Below, one piece after another: positions 1 through 13,477 of a stretch of DNA of 64,000 bases; within the stretch, counting starts at the first letter, position 1; each line of letters starts with the position of its first letter. Source of the DNA: Lytechinus pictus (taxonomy: Eukaryota); the NCBI RefSeq assembly GCF_037042905.1, contig NC_087252.1, forward strand, positions 37,882,001 to 37,946,000. The letters run 5' to 3'. Position numbers and translations under genes: made by a program. The notes beneath the pieces were generated by a model. It was not told the DNA's origin. It ran no database searches and saw only the letters and a list, made by a program, of their open reading frames with translations.

Positions 1-2194
1 ACAAAGAAATAAATGAAAATAACACCATTTGTCATTATTTTGCATAAATAGTTATTTTAATACCAAATGATATACATGTACAGCACGATGTGGTATATTT
101 TTTTCAATCACAGTATAAGTACAGACTCTTGAACAATGTGCATTGTGGTTATTATGTGAACAACTTCCTTTGCACGCGTTATAACACCAAGCAACACGCG
201 TTTAATTCACACTTTATTAAGTTCATGTAAATGCACCTATATAATTTGGAGGAAACTATCCTCCGTTACCCTCACACAACTATCAATTGAGTCAGACATC
301 ATCATTCTTCCTGAAACTGTTTTATGAAGGTACTAAGAAACATTCTTCATGTGGACACCTTATAAATAACGTGACATCATCAACAAAAAGTAAAATAGCA
401 TGAATTATATGGAACACGAAAGCAACTAGAGTAATTATTTTCTCACACCATAAACGCTGTTTCATTTATCCGACGATGTTTACTTTATATGAGTACAGAA
501 GTTGTATGAACAGCTCAAACAAGTGTTTAAAATCTTACACAACAAAGTTAAGTTTTTTAAACATTTAATGCTCAATGAATTAAACATGGATGTTTAAACT
601 GTTAATCAACTACTGTTAAGTTCACATCGTAAGCAGCGTTTTATGCAATTTTTAAACAGCATTTGTGCCGTGTACGAACTAGCGCGCATCCTCACGGTGG
701 AACATAGAGGTTTCGTTTTATAACCGCACGCAACTGGGAATTAAGTGCGATTTTAAAGAAACCAAAACCCGAGAAGGGAATAATCAATCATATTGGAAAG
801 AGTAGAATGAGAGGAACAATTTAAAACAAGTTTCATCAAAATCGATTATGAAATAAGCAAGTTATGGACGTTTAAATAGTCTTAGTGTACTTTCTATGGG
901 GATTCAGAATAGCAGATTTTGTGGACAACTCTCCATTTGTTAAAATTGTCAGAGTTTTCCAATTATCTTTCAAATTGCGTCTTGCCTCGATCTTTCTGAG
1001 CATAACATATGTCATGGGAAAATATAATTCATACCACATATGTCAAGGTGGAGAGGAGGAGATAATGTGAAATGCGTGAAATAAAAGAGAAAATTTTATT
1101 CTTTCTGATTAGATGGATTCTCTCCTTATATTTTGGTTTCCTTTAAGTCACAAAAACTCTTTGTGAAATACAGTTTATTCTTTTGTCCAGTAGTTGCAAT
1201 CGTGTTCATATGTCTAGGCAATAATGTGCAACGTGCAGCAACGTAAACAAAAGACAAACCTGACTGATATTATTGCACGGAATCACTAAAAACACAAATG
1301 TAAACAAAAAATGAGTTTGGTTATTATAAATAAGATGCAATGGGGCATAATAACACCACGTAAAAACAATGAAAATAAATTATGGTGATGGAATAACTGT
1401 TCAATGCTACTGTACTCAGAAAGTATTTGTATGAATTATATAAAACAGTGTATTTAAACTGTCATGGGTGATCTCACGCTGGAACATCGATAAGAATTCT
1501 TTTAATAATAATTTAAATAAAAATCTCGGGTCAGAATGACCCGTAAAGTGGCTCAAAATTGATACCCGCAATACAATGACCGATGTGACGGAGTGAGGAA
1601 TATATTTGACTCCAAAATGGTTACATTGGACCCTATAGTCTCTATTTGACCCGGAACGGTCTGTGGTACCAACAGACTCTGTTCCCGGGTCAATCTGACC
1701 CGGTTCTCGAATCAATCTGACCCCTCAAGCATCTGATATGGGCAATGTGAGCATTTAAAGCAAATAAAGCTCGTTCATTGCTATCTACAATTACTGGCAC
1801 TTCTATATATATATATATAAATGCTTTATTTTCCTCCCTTTAGTAATATGAACAAAACTGAAGCCTCTAAAATTCACACACTATCTTTCTGTACGCTTAA
1901 TTGCATATCAAACAATTATTTCTGCAATTCTATGAAATATACAATCATAATATAATCAGCATCACAATGTTACATTAGCCTTATTCTATACGATCAGAAG
2001 TGTTTTAACTTTTTCATTGTATAAACAATCTTGATTTAATTCAATGATTCAAAACACAAGACAAAGAGTATATATTTTGTGGACCTTACGATGTATTTCG
2101 TGCTTCTATCAAGTTCACCGGTTGCACGTATTTGAGATATCAAACTATACAGAAATGAAAAAAAAAGACTAAATCATTTTCTGCACCGATCTAA

Positions 2195-2788
2195 AGGTCA
2201 AGTCCACCCCAGAAAAATGATTGAATCAATCAAACAAGCATTATGCTGAACATTTCATCAAAATCGGATGTGAAATAAGAAAGTTATGACATTTTTAAGT
2301 TTCGCTTATTTTTCACAAAGCAGTGATATGTACAACTCAGTGACATGCAAATGAGACAGTCGATGATGTCATTCACTCACTTTCAATTTTTCTATTGTTT
2401 GAATTATACAATATTTCATTTTTTCAATTTCGACAATAAGGACAAACTTGATTGAACCATATAGATATAGTATAAAAAAACAATGCTAATTCCACGTGTT
2501 CAGGGATGAAAGTAATCGTTGTTTCACAGGACAATGGTGAGAAAATTGGAATATTTCATAGTTCATATAATAAATTACAAAAAAATTGTGAGTGAGTGAT
2601 GTCATCAATCTCCTCATTTGCATACCAACAAGGATGTGATTATAACTGTTTTGTGAAATTAAGCGAAACTTTAAAATGTCATAAGTTTCTTATTTCACAT
2701 CCAATTTTGATGAAATTTTCAGTGTTATGCTTGTTTGATTTTTTTCTCTTTTTATTCGAATCAACTTTTTGTTGGGGATGGACTTCTC
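2195..2788. mobile_element. Kolobok-like MITE family 1 copy
   Basis: AGGTCAAGTCCACCCC start; homologous body; degraded right TIR. Confidence 0.75.
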
Positions 2789-4795
2789 ATCGATGTGCAA
2801 CGAACTAATCCTGGGTGACTTTGACTACATAAGTAATATTTCTGAGTTGTGTAACCTCTATACGTAAACGCAATAAATTAACAGATATAAATAATAAACC
2901 GAAATAAGAGGAATTTTAAATAGACGAGTAGATTAAAATGACAAAGAGAACATCCTGAACTACAAAGTTAAGATGAATAATGAATAAACCCGCATATTCT
3001 ATCATGTCAGCCAATGTGTTCTTGCTGATAATACACTCGGAGAAATTTTGTAACCAACAGGTTGGTTAAAAATGAACCTACCAGTTGTTGGATAAAACAA
3101 AATTGCATGGAAAACACATTGGCAGTTTTTTTTAATCAACAGTTGGATATTCATATTTTAAACAATAGTTGGTGGTTTTGATATTTTAATCAACACTTGG
3201 TAATTTCATATTTTATTAGTTATTACACTAACAGTTGGTAATTTCATATTTTAATCGACCGTGAGTTGGTAATTTTTATATTGTAATCAACAGTTGGTAA
3301 TTCCCTATTTTAAACAAGTTTGTAATTTCATATTTTGATCAACATGCATGCAGTTTGTAATTTCACATTTTAATCAACAGTTGGTAATTTCATATTTTAA
3401 CCAACAGTTGGTAAATATTATTTAACAACATGGTTTGGTTAAAACATATTCTGAGAATGCAGTATAAACAGAGTGTGCAATGTGAAAGAGACCCTGTTCT
3501 GTAAAATAATACTAAGTAAGTTCACCTTCATATTTCATCATATTTCACGACGCGACGCCTCAAACTAAACGGTAGGTTTATTATTCATTTTTTTTCACCG
3601 AAAGCATGCTATTTGCCTCATTACATAGCACTTATTACATTAGTAATGATGATAATAGGTAATGGTTTAAGCTGGTCAAGTTATCACAAAAACTATCAAT
3701 GTAAACATTAATTAAAATTGATCAGTAAAACGTACAAGTTCGACAATTCTAACAAATAATACAAAGGTGTTTGTTGACTCATTTCCCAACAAACGTTACA
3801 ATATTGACGGGAATGTCAATGGATTTTGTGACCATGATGCTGTACATAAGAATTATTCTCATACATCGTGCAGTTAGCATGCTAGGCCACTGATCTCAGT
3901 GGTATATGGGCACGTAATCGGAAAGAACACGCGTCCGAAACGTAGATGGCGCTATTCTACATCACCTTCGGTGTCGTATCCAGAGAGCATGGCCAACATG
4001 GCCAACGACTGTCCCAACAAGACCATTATTTTGATCATTCTATCGATTTCAATGACAACCCGAGGTACATGAAAGAGGAGCAATTCATCAGAATAAAGTG
4101 TGCGAAGGTACTAACAATCACACCAGAGCTGCAATGTTTAGATTTACCTATTTATCTTATTGCACCGCATCATCCAATAGCAGCTTTCAAGAATATCATG
4201 TGACATGATCACGTGACTCGCGACTCTCAGCAAGACGGGTAACACTGGAAAAATTTCAATAGTAGGCCTATAGTTCGAGAGCATATGCTTACTACTGAAG
4301 CCTTGATTCCAGTTTGCACCTTGTATACATATTTAGACCTACACATATGATGAAATCTATAGCTCTTTGGTAACTATATGAATTTATTACTCAGATGGAC
4401 ATTCAGGCCTATATTTTCTAGGAACCAGCCTGGCTCCAAATTGTCACTGATGATGAAATTAGATTTCCGTGTGAGATCCTTATTTAGGTAATAAATACAA
4501 GCAATAGGGCTTACAAAGCATACATGTTTTGGGAGTTTGCGAATAGGTTAGTGCTCATGTAATTTGACATTCATGGTTATACTTCAGATACCCATCAAGA
4601 TTAGAGATGGCAAGATGTACAAGCGATGTTTTTTAATCATTCCTGACCATTAACGTCCCTTTCTACTGCATCACAGTCTGTGTTTCTGACAAGGAATCAC
4701 ATCCCTAACGGTACACTCTTCACTGGGATTGGCTGAGGCAGCCAAATCAGGAGCAATAAATAAGCTAACAGCTGCGACGATCAGTGTCCATCGGA

Positions 4796-5037
4796 TCAAG
4801 CTTCATGCCGCAGGAAGTTGTTGACAGTGTCAAGAAGGTTTCCGAACCCTTGGGCGATACCGCGGAAGTGGCCCGGACGCTGAGGGGGCTCTTCCGTTGG
4901 AGTTGGGTCATCCACCGCGGTCCCGTCGTCATCTTTAGCTTCTCGTAGTCTCTTCACCTCCTCGTTGCTCACACAGACCCAGCTCTCGCCGAAGTCAGCA
5001 TGGGCGATGTCGGATCGGCTGGAGAGCTGTGATGGTC
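4796..5037 (-). CDS. Ig receptor gene A, last coding exon (GPSQ...DFGESWVCV...FGNLLDTVNNFLRHEA*)
   Basis: Acceptor ctgtctccag; GC-rich coding-like sequence open in phase 1 to TGA at 4798-4796. Total CDS 1431 nt = 476 aa + stop. Confidence 0.85.
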
Positions 5038-5098
5038 CTGGAGACAGGTTGGAGTGAAAGGAATAGAATGGTTTTTATTGATGACAACAATTATTGAC

Positions 5099-5765
5099 AA
5101 GAGGTTAGCAATGTGTGGGGGTCGTGGGTTTTCATGTGGAAAAGGAAGAAGAGGAAGAAGAAGAGGAGGAGGAGGAGGAAGAAAAGGAAGAAGAGGAGAA
5201 GGAGGAGGAGGAAGAAGGAGAAGAAGAAGAAGGAGAAGAGGTTAGTAATGTGTGGGGGTCGTGAGTTTTCATGTGGAAAAGGAAGACGAGGGAAAAGGAG
5301 AGGAAGAAGAAGAGGGGGAGGAAGAAGAAAAGGAAGAAGAGGAGAAGGAGGAGGAGGAAGAAGAAGAAGAAGAAGGAGAGGAGGTTAGTAATGTGTGGGG
5401 GTCGTGAGTTTTCATGTGGAAAAGGAAGAAGAGGAAGGAGAGGAAGAAGAAGAAGAGGAGGAGGAAGAAAAGGAAGAGGAGAAGGAGGAAGAACATGATG
5501 AAGAAGAAGAAGAAGGAGAAGGAGAAGAGGTTAGTAATGTGTGGGGTCGTGAGTTTTCATGTGGAAAAGGAATAAGAGGAAAAANNNNNNNNNNNNNNNN
5601 NNNNNNNNNNNNNNNNNNNNNNNNNNNNNNNNNNNNNNNNNNNNNNNNNNNNNNNNNNNNNNNNNNNNNNNNNNNNNNNNNNNNNNNNNNNNNNNNNNNN
5701 NNNNNNNNNNNNNNNNNNNNNNNNNNGAGGAGGAAGAAGATGAAGAAGAAGAAGAAGAAGAAAAA
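5099..5765. repeat. Tandem repeat of ~140 bp (GAGGTTAGTAATGTGTGGGGGTCGTGAGTTTTCATGTGG + GAA/GAG tract), interrupted by a gap
   Basis: Units at ~5101, 5238, 5381 and 5527; N gap at 5585-5726. Confidence 0.9.
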
Positions 5766-6450
5766 AGATCTGCTGATACCAGCATCTAATTTGGCTAAGA
5801 AAATCTGGTGAACAATCGCAGACATTCCGTAGTTTGCATATGGGTGTGAAGGGCCCGGGAAAAGTGAAATAGATAATCAGAACAAGAGGTATATATTTGT
5901 CATTCAACTATTTCCACACCACATTTACTTGGTAAATTAGCAAATTCGCCATGAAACGAACTGACAATAATTATCATTCATAATGTAGGAACAAATAGCA
6001 CTGCACAATTTGTCTAGCTTTCTTTCCCCTTTCTTTTTCGAGGCCTCCATCAATTTCAAGCTCTAAGCTTAAGATGGAGGTCTCCCACATTTCAAAATGT
6101 AGTATGTCGATATATACATATATATATATATATTTTCTTTCTTTCTTTCTGCTATGTGTTTTAATAATAAAAGAAGGAAATTTACCAGGTATAATTATAT
6201 TTCAATTAGAATGTATGTATGCATATGTTATTCACTATGTCATTTGCTTTTTGCTATGTTATGCTGAGAAAAAATGATTACACTTGTATATACTTTTTGT
6301 TAATGGAATGTGGAAATAAATAAATCTAATCAAATATCTCCAGACAAAATGAATTAAACCTTAACCTGATTCATCTGGGCATTTCATTCTTGAAGAGAGA
6401 GAGAACAAAAATCCAAACAGGTACGACATGATTTAAAACCCTTGACTTAC

Positions 6451-6540
6451 CTATCGAGACTGACTTGCTATCTTCCCTGTCATCTTTGCTCAACAATTCT
6501 TGGGACTGCTCCTCATCTTCTGAACTCATCCCGTCTTCAT
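6451..6540 (-). CDS. Ig receptor gene A, exon 7 (acidic, DEDGMSSEDEEQSQELLSKDDREDSKSVSI)
   Basis: Acceptor ttgcag, donor TAG|GTAAGT; 90 nt, phase 1-1. Confidence 0.85.
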
Positions 6541-6897
6541 CTGCAAGTAACCAAAATCAAACATTGTCCCTTTATTTACCCTGTTAATTGAAATACGTAA
6601 CAATAGCAATGGAAGGCACTGTGTAAGAATGTCTATATAATCATGATCCCCAAATATGAAAAACAAATAACATGTATACCAGTCTTCCCTGCTAGCCAAG
6701 AAATAGAAACAAATTTCCAGAAACGGGAACGTTCTTAATCTTCCTATTAAATAATAGTCTAGTTTTTTTCACAGAAATAAGAACACACGGGTTAAAATGT
6801 ATGTTTTCCCTTTCATCCGAAATAGGAATATTCCCATTATTAGGAAAAGTGGCAGGTATATTCATGACTTAAATCGAAGAGGTTACACAATTATTAA

Positions 6898-7500
6898 AGG
6901 ACAAGTCCACCCCAACAAAAACTTGATTTGAATAAAAAGAGAAAAATTTAACAAGCATAACACTGAAAATTTCATCAAAATCGGATGTAAAATAAGAAAG
7001 TTATGACATTTTGAAGTTTCGCTTCATTTCACAAAACAGTTATATGCACATCTCGGTCGGTATGCAAATGAGGGAACTGATGACATCACTCACTCACTAT
7101 TTCTTTTGTATTTTATTATATGAAATATGAAATATTTTGATTTTCTCGTCATTGTCATGTGCAATAAAGTTTCATTCCCCCCTGAACACGTGGAATTCCA
7201 TTATTTTAACATTTTGTGCTTCAGGCAAGGAGGTCCTAATCTTCAAATTCGTAAAAATTGAAATATTGTATAATTAAAACAATAAAAAACAAACGAAATA
7301 GTGAGTGAGTGACATCATCGACTCTCTCATTTGGATGTAACTGGCTCGTTCATATAACTATTTTATTAAAAATAAGCGAAACTTTGAAATGTCATAACTT
7401 TCTTATTTTACATCCGATTTTGATGAAATTTTCAGCATTGTGCTTTTCTGATTTTTCTCTATTGATTCAAATCAACATTTTTCTGAGGTGGACTTGACCT
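6898..7500. mobile_element. TTAA-flanked non-autonomous DNA transposon (Kolobok-like MITE), family 1
   Basis: TTAA|AGGACAAGTCCACC ... GGTGGACTTGACCT|TTAA with long imperfect inverted arms. Other copies at 2195-2788, 8816-9405, 21200-21778, 24796-25395 and 45785-46402. Confidence 0.85.
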
Positions 7501-7882
7501 TTAAAAAAAGATGTTGGTTGAAGCATGGACCTATAGGTCCATGGTTGAAGCAAAATGTATTGCTCTGTAAAGTATTATATAATTTCTTGAACTGCGGGAA
7601 ATTTAAGCTGCCTATACTAGCTCGTTGCACGCTTTGAGTTAGAAAATGCAGAGGCGGTCGTTATAGATGGCTACAAAAACATAGTAGGCTAATATAACAT
7701 AAGCACATCCTGATGAATGTATTCATTCAAATTTCCATCATATAATTTGAAACATTAATGAATGTTTTTTTTAAAAACATTAGTCACCCAGTTTCTACAG
7801 CTACAAATCAATATTCAATATGCATGAAATGACTTAAGACTTTTGAAGAAGTGGGCAAATGACCCGTGACCTATGACCTTAC

Positions 7883-7963
7883 CTTCGAGCGGTTCTGGAA
7901 TATCTGTCTGTGTTCCTTCGTTAAGTCTGGTCTCGACCGGGGGCTCTTCTACCACTACTGAAA
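7883..7963 (-). CDS. Ig receptor gene A, exon 6 (VSVVVEEPPVETRLNEGTQTDIPEPLE)
   Basis: Long pyrimidine tract + cag, donor AAG|GTAAGG; 81 nt, phase 1-1. A second in-frame AG lies 6 nt downstream. Confidence 0.85.
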
Positions 7964-8815
7964 CTGAAGGGGATGGATTAGAGATGGATGGAGAGAGAGA
8001 AAAAAAAAAGATAAAGCAAAATGTAGTCATAGGCATACAATTTATTGAGAATGATCAGACTTTTATTTCCTTTATATCATTATTATCAACAAAGTGAAGA
8101 TAGAGGCGTATATAAAACATTTTCTACTGAAGTTTTAATGCAACCTGAGAACCGTTAGAGGGCATTGACACATCCATGGATAAGTGTTGGCGCCCTCTAC
8201 GTTTGTTTCTCAAACAAGAAGGAAGAAAATAATTATAGTCTTCACTCTCCTTGTGACAACACTTTTTTTTCACCCAGCAGAGAGAGAATATGTTGCTAAG
8301 TTGTAAGTTTGTATCTCAAAAGTTGGAAAAGGTCTATCGAATGTACAATTTAGTGACAATCAGTCATATTTCATACTTCGTGGAAAGCGTTTCCTTCTTT
8401 TCTACCTAGCAAAGTTTTCCAGCAAAACGAATGGAACTTTAAACCAAAATTCACTATACCCCTGAAGAAATTAAAACAAAAATGCAGAAAAAAAAGGATC
8501 GATGGACATCGGGTTCAACCACCTAGTCAGTTCTACAAGAGAGAAATGCTGTCGCCACGGATCCCCATTGTAGGCATGCGCAATGAGGCACCTTTATGCA
8601 GAGGAAATCCAAATTAGCCGGGCTCATTAACAGTCAACGTAAACAGCCTTTACGACTTGCTGCGGTTTTCCAAATTGTCTACACAAAGGCTAATCGAGAA
8701 CTTAATATTAACCAGTGCCAAAAAAGTTTGTCTTTGTTTTTGTCGTACATACATCCTATTACATCATCACAGATATGTGTTTCACATGACTGGTTATAGG
8801 TATACATGAATTTCA

Positions 8816-9405
8816 AGGACAAGTCCACCCCAACAAAAAGTTGATTTGAATATACAGAGAAAATCTAACAAGCATAACACTAAAAATTCCATCAAAATCG
8901 GATGTAAAATAAGAGAGTTATGACATTTCAAAGTTTTGCTTAATTTAACAAAACAATTATATACACATAATGGTCAGTATGCAAATTAGGAGACTGATGA
9001 CGTCATCCACTCACTAATTCTTTTGTATTTTATCATATGAAATAGGGAATATTCTATTTTTCTCCTCATTGTCAAGTGAATCAACGATTAATTTATCCCT
9101 GAACATATGGAATGAGCATTGTTTTATACTATATGATTCATTCAAGTTGGTCCTTATTGTCAAATCTATAAAAATGAAATATTGTATAATTCAAACAATA
9201 AAAAACAAAAGAATAGTGAGTGAGGGACATCATCGACTTTCTCATTTGAGTTGTGCATATCACTGTTTTGTGAAAAATAAACAAAACTTTAAAGTGTCAT
9301 AACTTTCTTGTTTTACATCCGATTTTGATGAAATTTTCAACGTTTTGCAAGGTTGATTTTTCTCTATTTATTCAAATTAACATTTTTCTGGGGTGGACTT
9401 TACCT
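8816..9405. mobile_element. Kolobok-like MITE family 1 copy
   Basis: AGGACAAGTCCACCCC ... GGGGTGGACTTTACCT. Confidence 0.8.
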
Positions 9406-9498
9406 CTAATACTAACCAGTGCCAAACAAGTTTGTCTTTGTTTTTGGTCGTACTTACATCCTATTACACCATCACAGGGATAGTGTTTCACAAAACTG

Positions 9499-9764
9499 GG
9501 GCCCGTCTTACAAAGAGTTGTGCCCCGATCAATCGCAAATATGGAAAGCCAGCCACGTCAACATCTAAAATACATGTTCGTTCAACATATTTTTTTATGA
9601 ATGACCATAATTCATATATTCACTGCTTTCTTGACAATTCAGTATGCTTCTCTTTGTTTTCAAAGGACAATGAGCAAATTTCCTAGAGAAAAAATATGAC
9701 ACTGATGGATTTCCATAGACTTGAGATTGATTGGATCAATCGCAACTCTTTGTAAGACGGCGCC
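9499..9764. mobile_element. PIF/Harbinger-like MITE (3-bp CTG TSD)
   Basis: CTG|GGGCCCGTCTTACAAAGAGTTG ... CAACTCTTTGTAAGACGGCGCC|CTG. Similar elements at 20561-20689, ~37143-37300, ~42935-43237 and ~51243-51400. Confidence 0.8.
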
Positions 9765-10467
9765 CTGGTAGTTAGGTTACGCATGAATTTAAACACGGCT
9801 GAGATTCTCAGTCACTTGATTCCCATTAACCAATGTTTTACTTTTATTATTTTTATTGAAAACTAAATAAAACAAAACATATTTACAACTTCGCACTTAG
9901 GTGATATAACATAAGAAAGAACGAGAACCCATTAACTTAAGTTGAAATCCGTTCCTTTGGGAGTGAAATTCTAGTTGCATGTGAATAGGAATTTGGAGCA
10001 AAAGTTCTTATTAGTCCAAATTTTAATTAGGTTAAAAGAAATTCATCCCTCCTAAATGTTAAAACGATTTTTTTTTTGGTGGGGAGGGGGGTATCTAAGA
10101 ACAGCGAGGTCAAATTCGTCCGTGTATATATATAGTCGGGAATAAAATACGAAAAAAATTATGAAACGACTCCAGCCAGTTCCCTGGTTAAGGTGCCAGT
10201 TGTCACAATATAGCTAAGCTGGAGGACATTTGCATAAGTCTACTAATAGGATACCAAAATACATCTTGCGACTCACTCATCTTATTTCTATGACCTATGT
10301 GATGGCGAAAGGACTTCCCGTTCCTTTCCAAAAATACAAAGAACACAGCTGACCGACATGGTATTCATTCTTTGTTTTTATAAAACAACCTTAAAAGTTT
10401 GAAACCATTCGGAGGTTTAATGACGGGAAACAGGAAAGGATTCACGTATAATGGCTGATAGCCTCAC

Positions 10468-10509
10468 CTGGTTCTAAAGTGTAGTGATTGTTTTCTTTTG
10501 GACGAATGT
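10468..10509 (-). CDS. Ig receptor gene A, exon 5 (42-nt cytoplasmic micro-exon DIRPKENNHYTLEP)
   Basis: Strong acceptor tttttttctctcgttatag and donor CAG|GTGAGG; phase 1-1, open frame. Confidence 0.7.
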
Positions 10510-11305
10510 CTATAACGAGAGAAAAAAAGTAGAAACTCATCATTTAAAAGATAAGTTGTTTATGTTTATGAGGTTAAAGAATAGGCCAGTTTTATATGAA
10601 CCAGCTTTGAGTATATCATATATTCGTATAGGGTCAGATGGTGAAAGCATGGCTGAAATGAATTATGGGTGTCTGCAATGTACTGTGGTAACATACCGGC
10701 CGCTAACTAAGAAATAAGAAACAAAAGAGTGAAGTGATTTACTGCTAATGTATTCAACGAGGAAGATAAGAGGAAAACGAATTAAAATCACAATTAAAGG
10801 TTTAAAAGTTAAAATCTGTTGATTTGCCTACATGCAATTTCCAAAATAAAAGCGCTTCCACCACATGGTTAATGTGTTAATGTTTACAAATGAGTAATAT
10901 GCATGTTCTATGTACGCACTAGCGAATACTAGCTTTTAGGGTCCAATTAGCTTGCCTTTAATGACGATGAAATAATTCAGGCCCAAATTGCCTTGAGCAT
11001 GCGTTTGATAACTACTATACTACGGTCCGCGAATGGGCCAACACTGGCCAGCGGGTTTATAGTGACTATCATCCCATGGAGAAATATATAACACAAAATC
11101 CAAAAACCAAAAAAAAAAAAAAAAAAAAAAACCGTCGCAAGGAAAATATTAATGGCAACTAATTACACCACTAAAATACAAGCAGAAAGGATGAATATGT
11201 GATAAAAATTTCAAATTACCCATCAGTCAATATAACTACTATAAGATGGATACTATAGTATTAGTATACAGTAATTACATTCACAATTTTACATGAACCT
11301 TAGAA

Positions 11306-11756
11306 TAGACCAGTTCGTAGTTACTCATGGACAATTTTAGTCAAATGACCTTTCATTTCTTTCATTATGATAGGCAGATTTCAAAGCAAGATATTACGTA
11401 AGCTTGCCTTACATAGCAGGATGAAGAAATTGAATAGACCAGGTGACTAGAATAGCACACCAATGGACACTTTATGAAGGTATTTGTTGCATTCCTACTT
11501 TGAATGCATGTCATAGCATGTTGCACAATGTACTTGGCAAACTGTGAAATACCAGTCGTTCGTGGACGCCTTGTTGTTTTTTGTGGATGTAAATGAAAAC
11601 CACTATTCAAAAGAATATATGAATAATCAAGACATCAAAGTTGGTGCTTATCTCATTAGATTTTAAACCACCATGTCACGTTAGTATAAATGACCTTCCT
11701 CTGATCATGCGTAGAATCTTTTGATCATGCGCAGAAAGGAACTACGAACTGGCTTA
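11306..11756. mobile_element. Non-autonomous DNA transposon with TAG..TA termini (Academ-like)
   Basis: TAGACCAGTTCGTAGTT ... AACTACGAACTGGCTTA inverted termini. Confidence 0.6.
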
Positions 11757-13477
11757 TTGGCAGGTAACATCTTCATTATCAATCGTAGATGGCGTCATCT
11801 AATTGGTCAAATAATTTGTGTTAAGCATGATTTTAAAGCATAAGTATCCCATGTCCATAGCTTTCCCATAAATAACTTAATGATATTGATTAATCATTCC
11901 ATGAGCATTAAATTCAAAACATTGACCGGGAACCAATCAGAGCTGGTGTATCATTTGAAATTAATTTGAAACTGTGTCACTGGGTCCTGATTGGTGAACG
12001 CAGAGTATATATATATATATATCTCCCATTGTTCATATGGATGGAAGTTGTATTTTTAGGAATGCAAAACCTATACAATTGAATATTTTGGAAACACTGA
12101 TGCAGATCGAACTATAGTCTCCTTCCGTCACTAAACCAATGCAAATCAATAACATGTGGGTAATACAAGGATGCACTCTGACATCAAACAAGTCAAAATG
12201 ACTAGATTATTGGTCAGCGGGGTGTTACTGAGTCCATATATACATAGTCAGAAATGACCGTTTCCAAGTCAACTTCGACAAGAAATTAAAACTATATAGT
12301 TGAACCAAACTGACCTTTCATTTTAACCAGTTTGTTATAAGAGTCTGCAAGATAGGTTTTACGTTAATGACCTTCAAGCGTGAACACAGTTAATTGGCTA
12401 AAAAATCCGGGGGGGGGGGGGGACATGGCGTAAGCGGGGGGGGGGGGGGTATTTTTATGCGAGCAAGCGATTTTTTTTTTCCTTTTTTGAACTTTTACAA
12501 AATATGTTAACATAATTTTGTGATAGATTTTGACAGAATTTCCAACAAGGAATATCACATTTAAGTCCCAAGTGCATGAATATTGGATGGCTCATAATGG
12601 GATACCAGAAATATTCCAAGAGTTACATATGTTCGCAATCATGGTAAATATTGTTAAACATATAGCATATGAATGGGTAAGATAGTGACATGAAAATTAT
12701 ACTCCCGCATGGCTTTATGGATGATAACGTACAACTCGAAATAAAGATATCATTTGATGCCAAAATACTCTACATGAAATTAAGAACACGGCATCAAACA
12801 TGGTCATATGATAAAAGAACTGAAAAATGAAAACGACATCACATATTCTTGAGATAAAGAAATCATCATAAAATATACAAAACTGACATTCTGGCAAATA
12901 AATTTTGATCATCTTCCCTCATATATAAAGCTATAAAATGATAACATATTTTGCGGGAATATACCGGGCACCATACAAGTTCGAAGATAAAATATTAGTT
13001 ATGATTTTCAGAAAGTTCATTCGAAAACATGGCAATGTTGATTCCAAAAATCATCTTTCAAATTTTGCACGCAAAGGGGGCCTTGAACGGAAGAGAGATA
13101 AAACAAAACAAATTAATAGAATCATTTTCGATATCGCCAAGCAAGATAATAATTAAAAAGAGGATTGCCTTGATTCATGTCTAGTGCCCCATTACGGCGG
13201 ACACATTTGCATCTTATTTTATAAGTTAACGGAGAGCCTTTTTTTAAGTCAGTAATGATTGTGGTCAATTTTGGTCGAAAAATTGGGATAAAGCTTTCGT
13301 GATGAACGTGTGAGTGGGATCAGTTTCAAACTGTTAGTCCATTTTGGAGCTGTGTGAGGGTGGTTCATAACTATATAGTGGTCCCACAGTGGTTAGACAG
13401 TTCCTAAGACTCGATTTAGTTTCATAAGACGAGTCCTCACTCCCTCATCTCAGGTGTAAGAAGGTTGCGACTCATGT

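Noticed and set aside
5054-5907. Poly-Lys/Arg/Glu/Ser ORFs
   Set aside because: These are translations of the GAA/GAG repeat and the N gap inside intron 7 of gene A.
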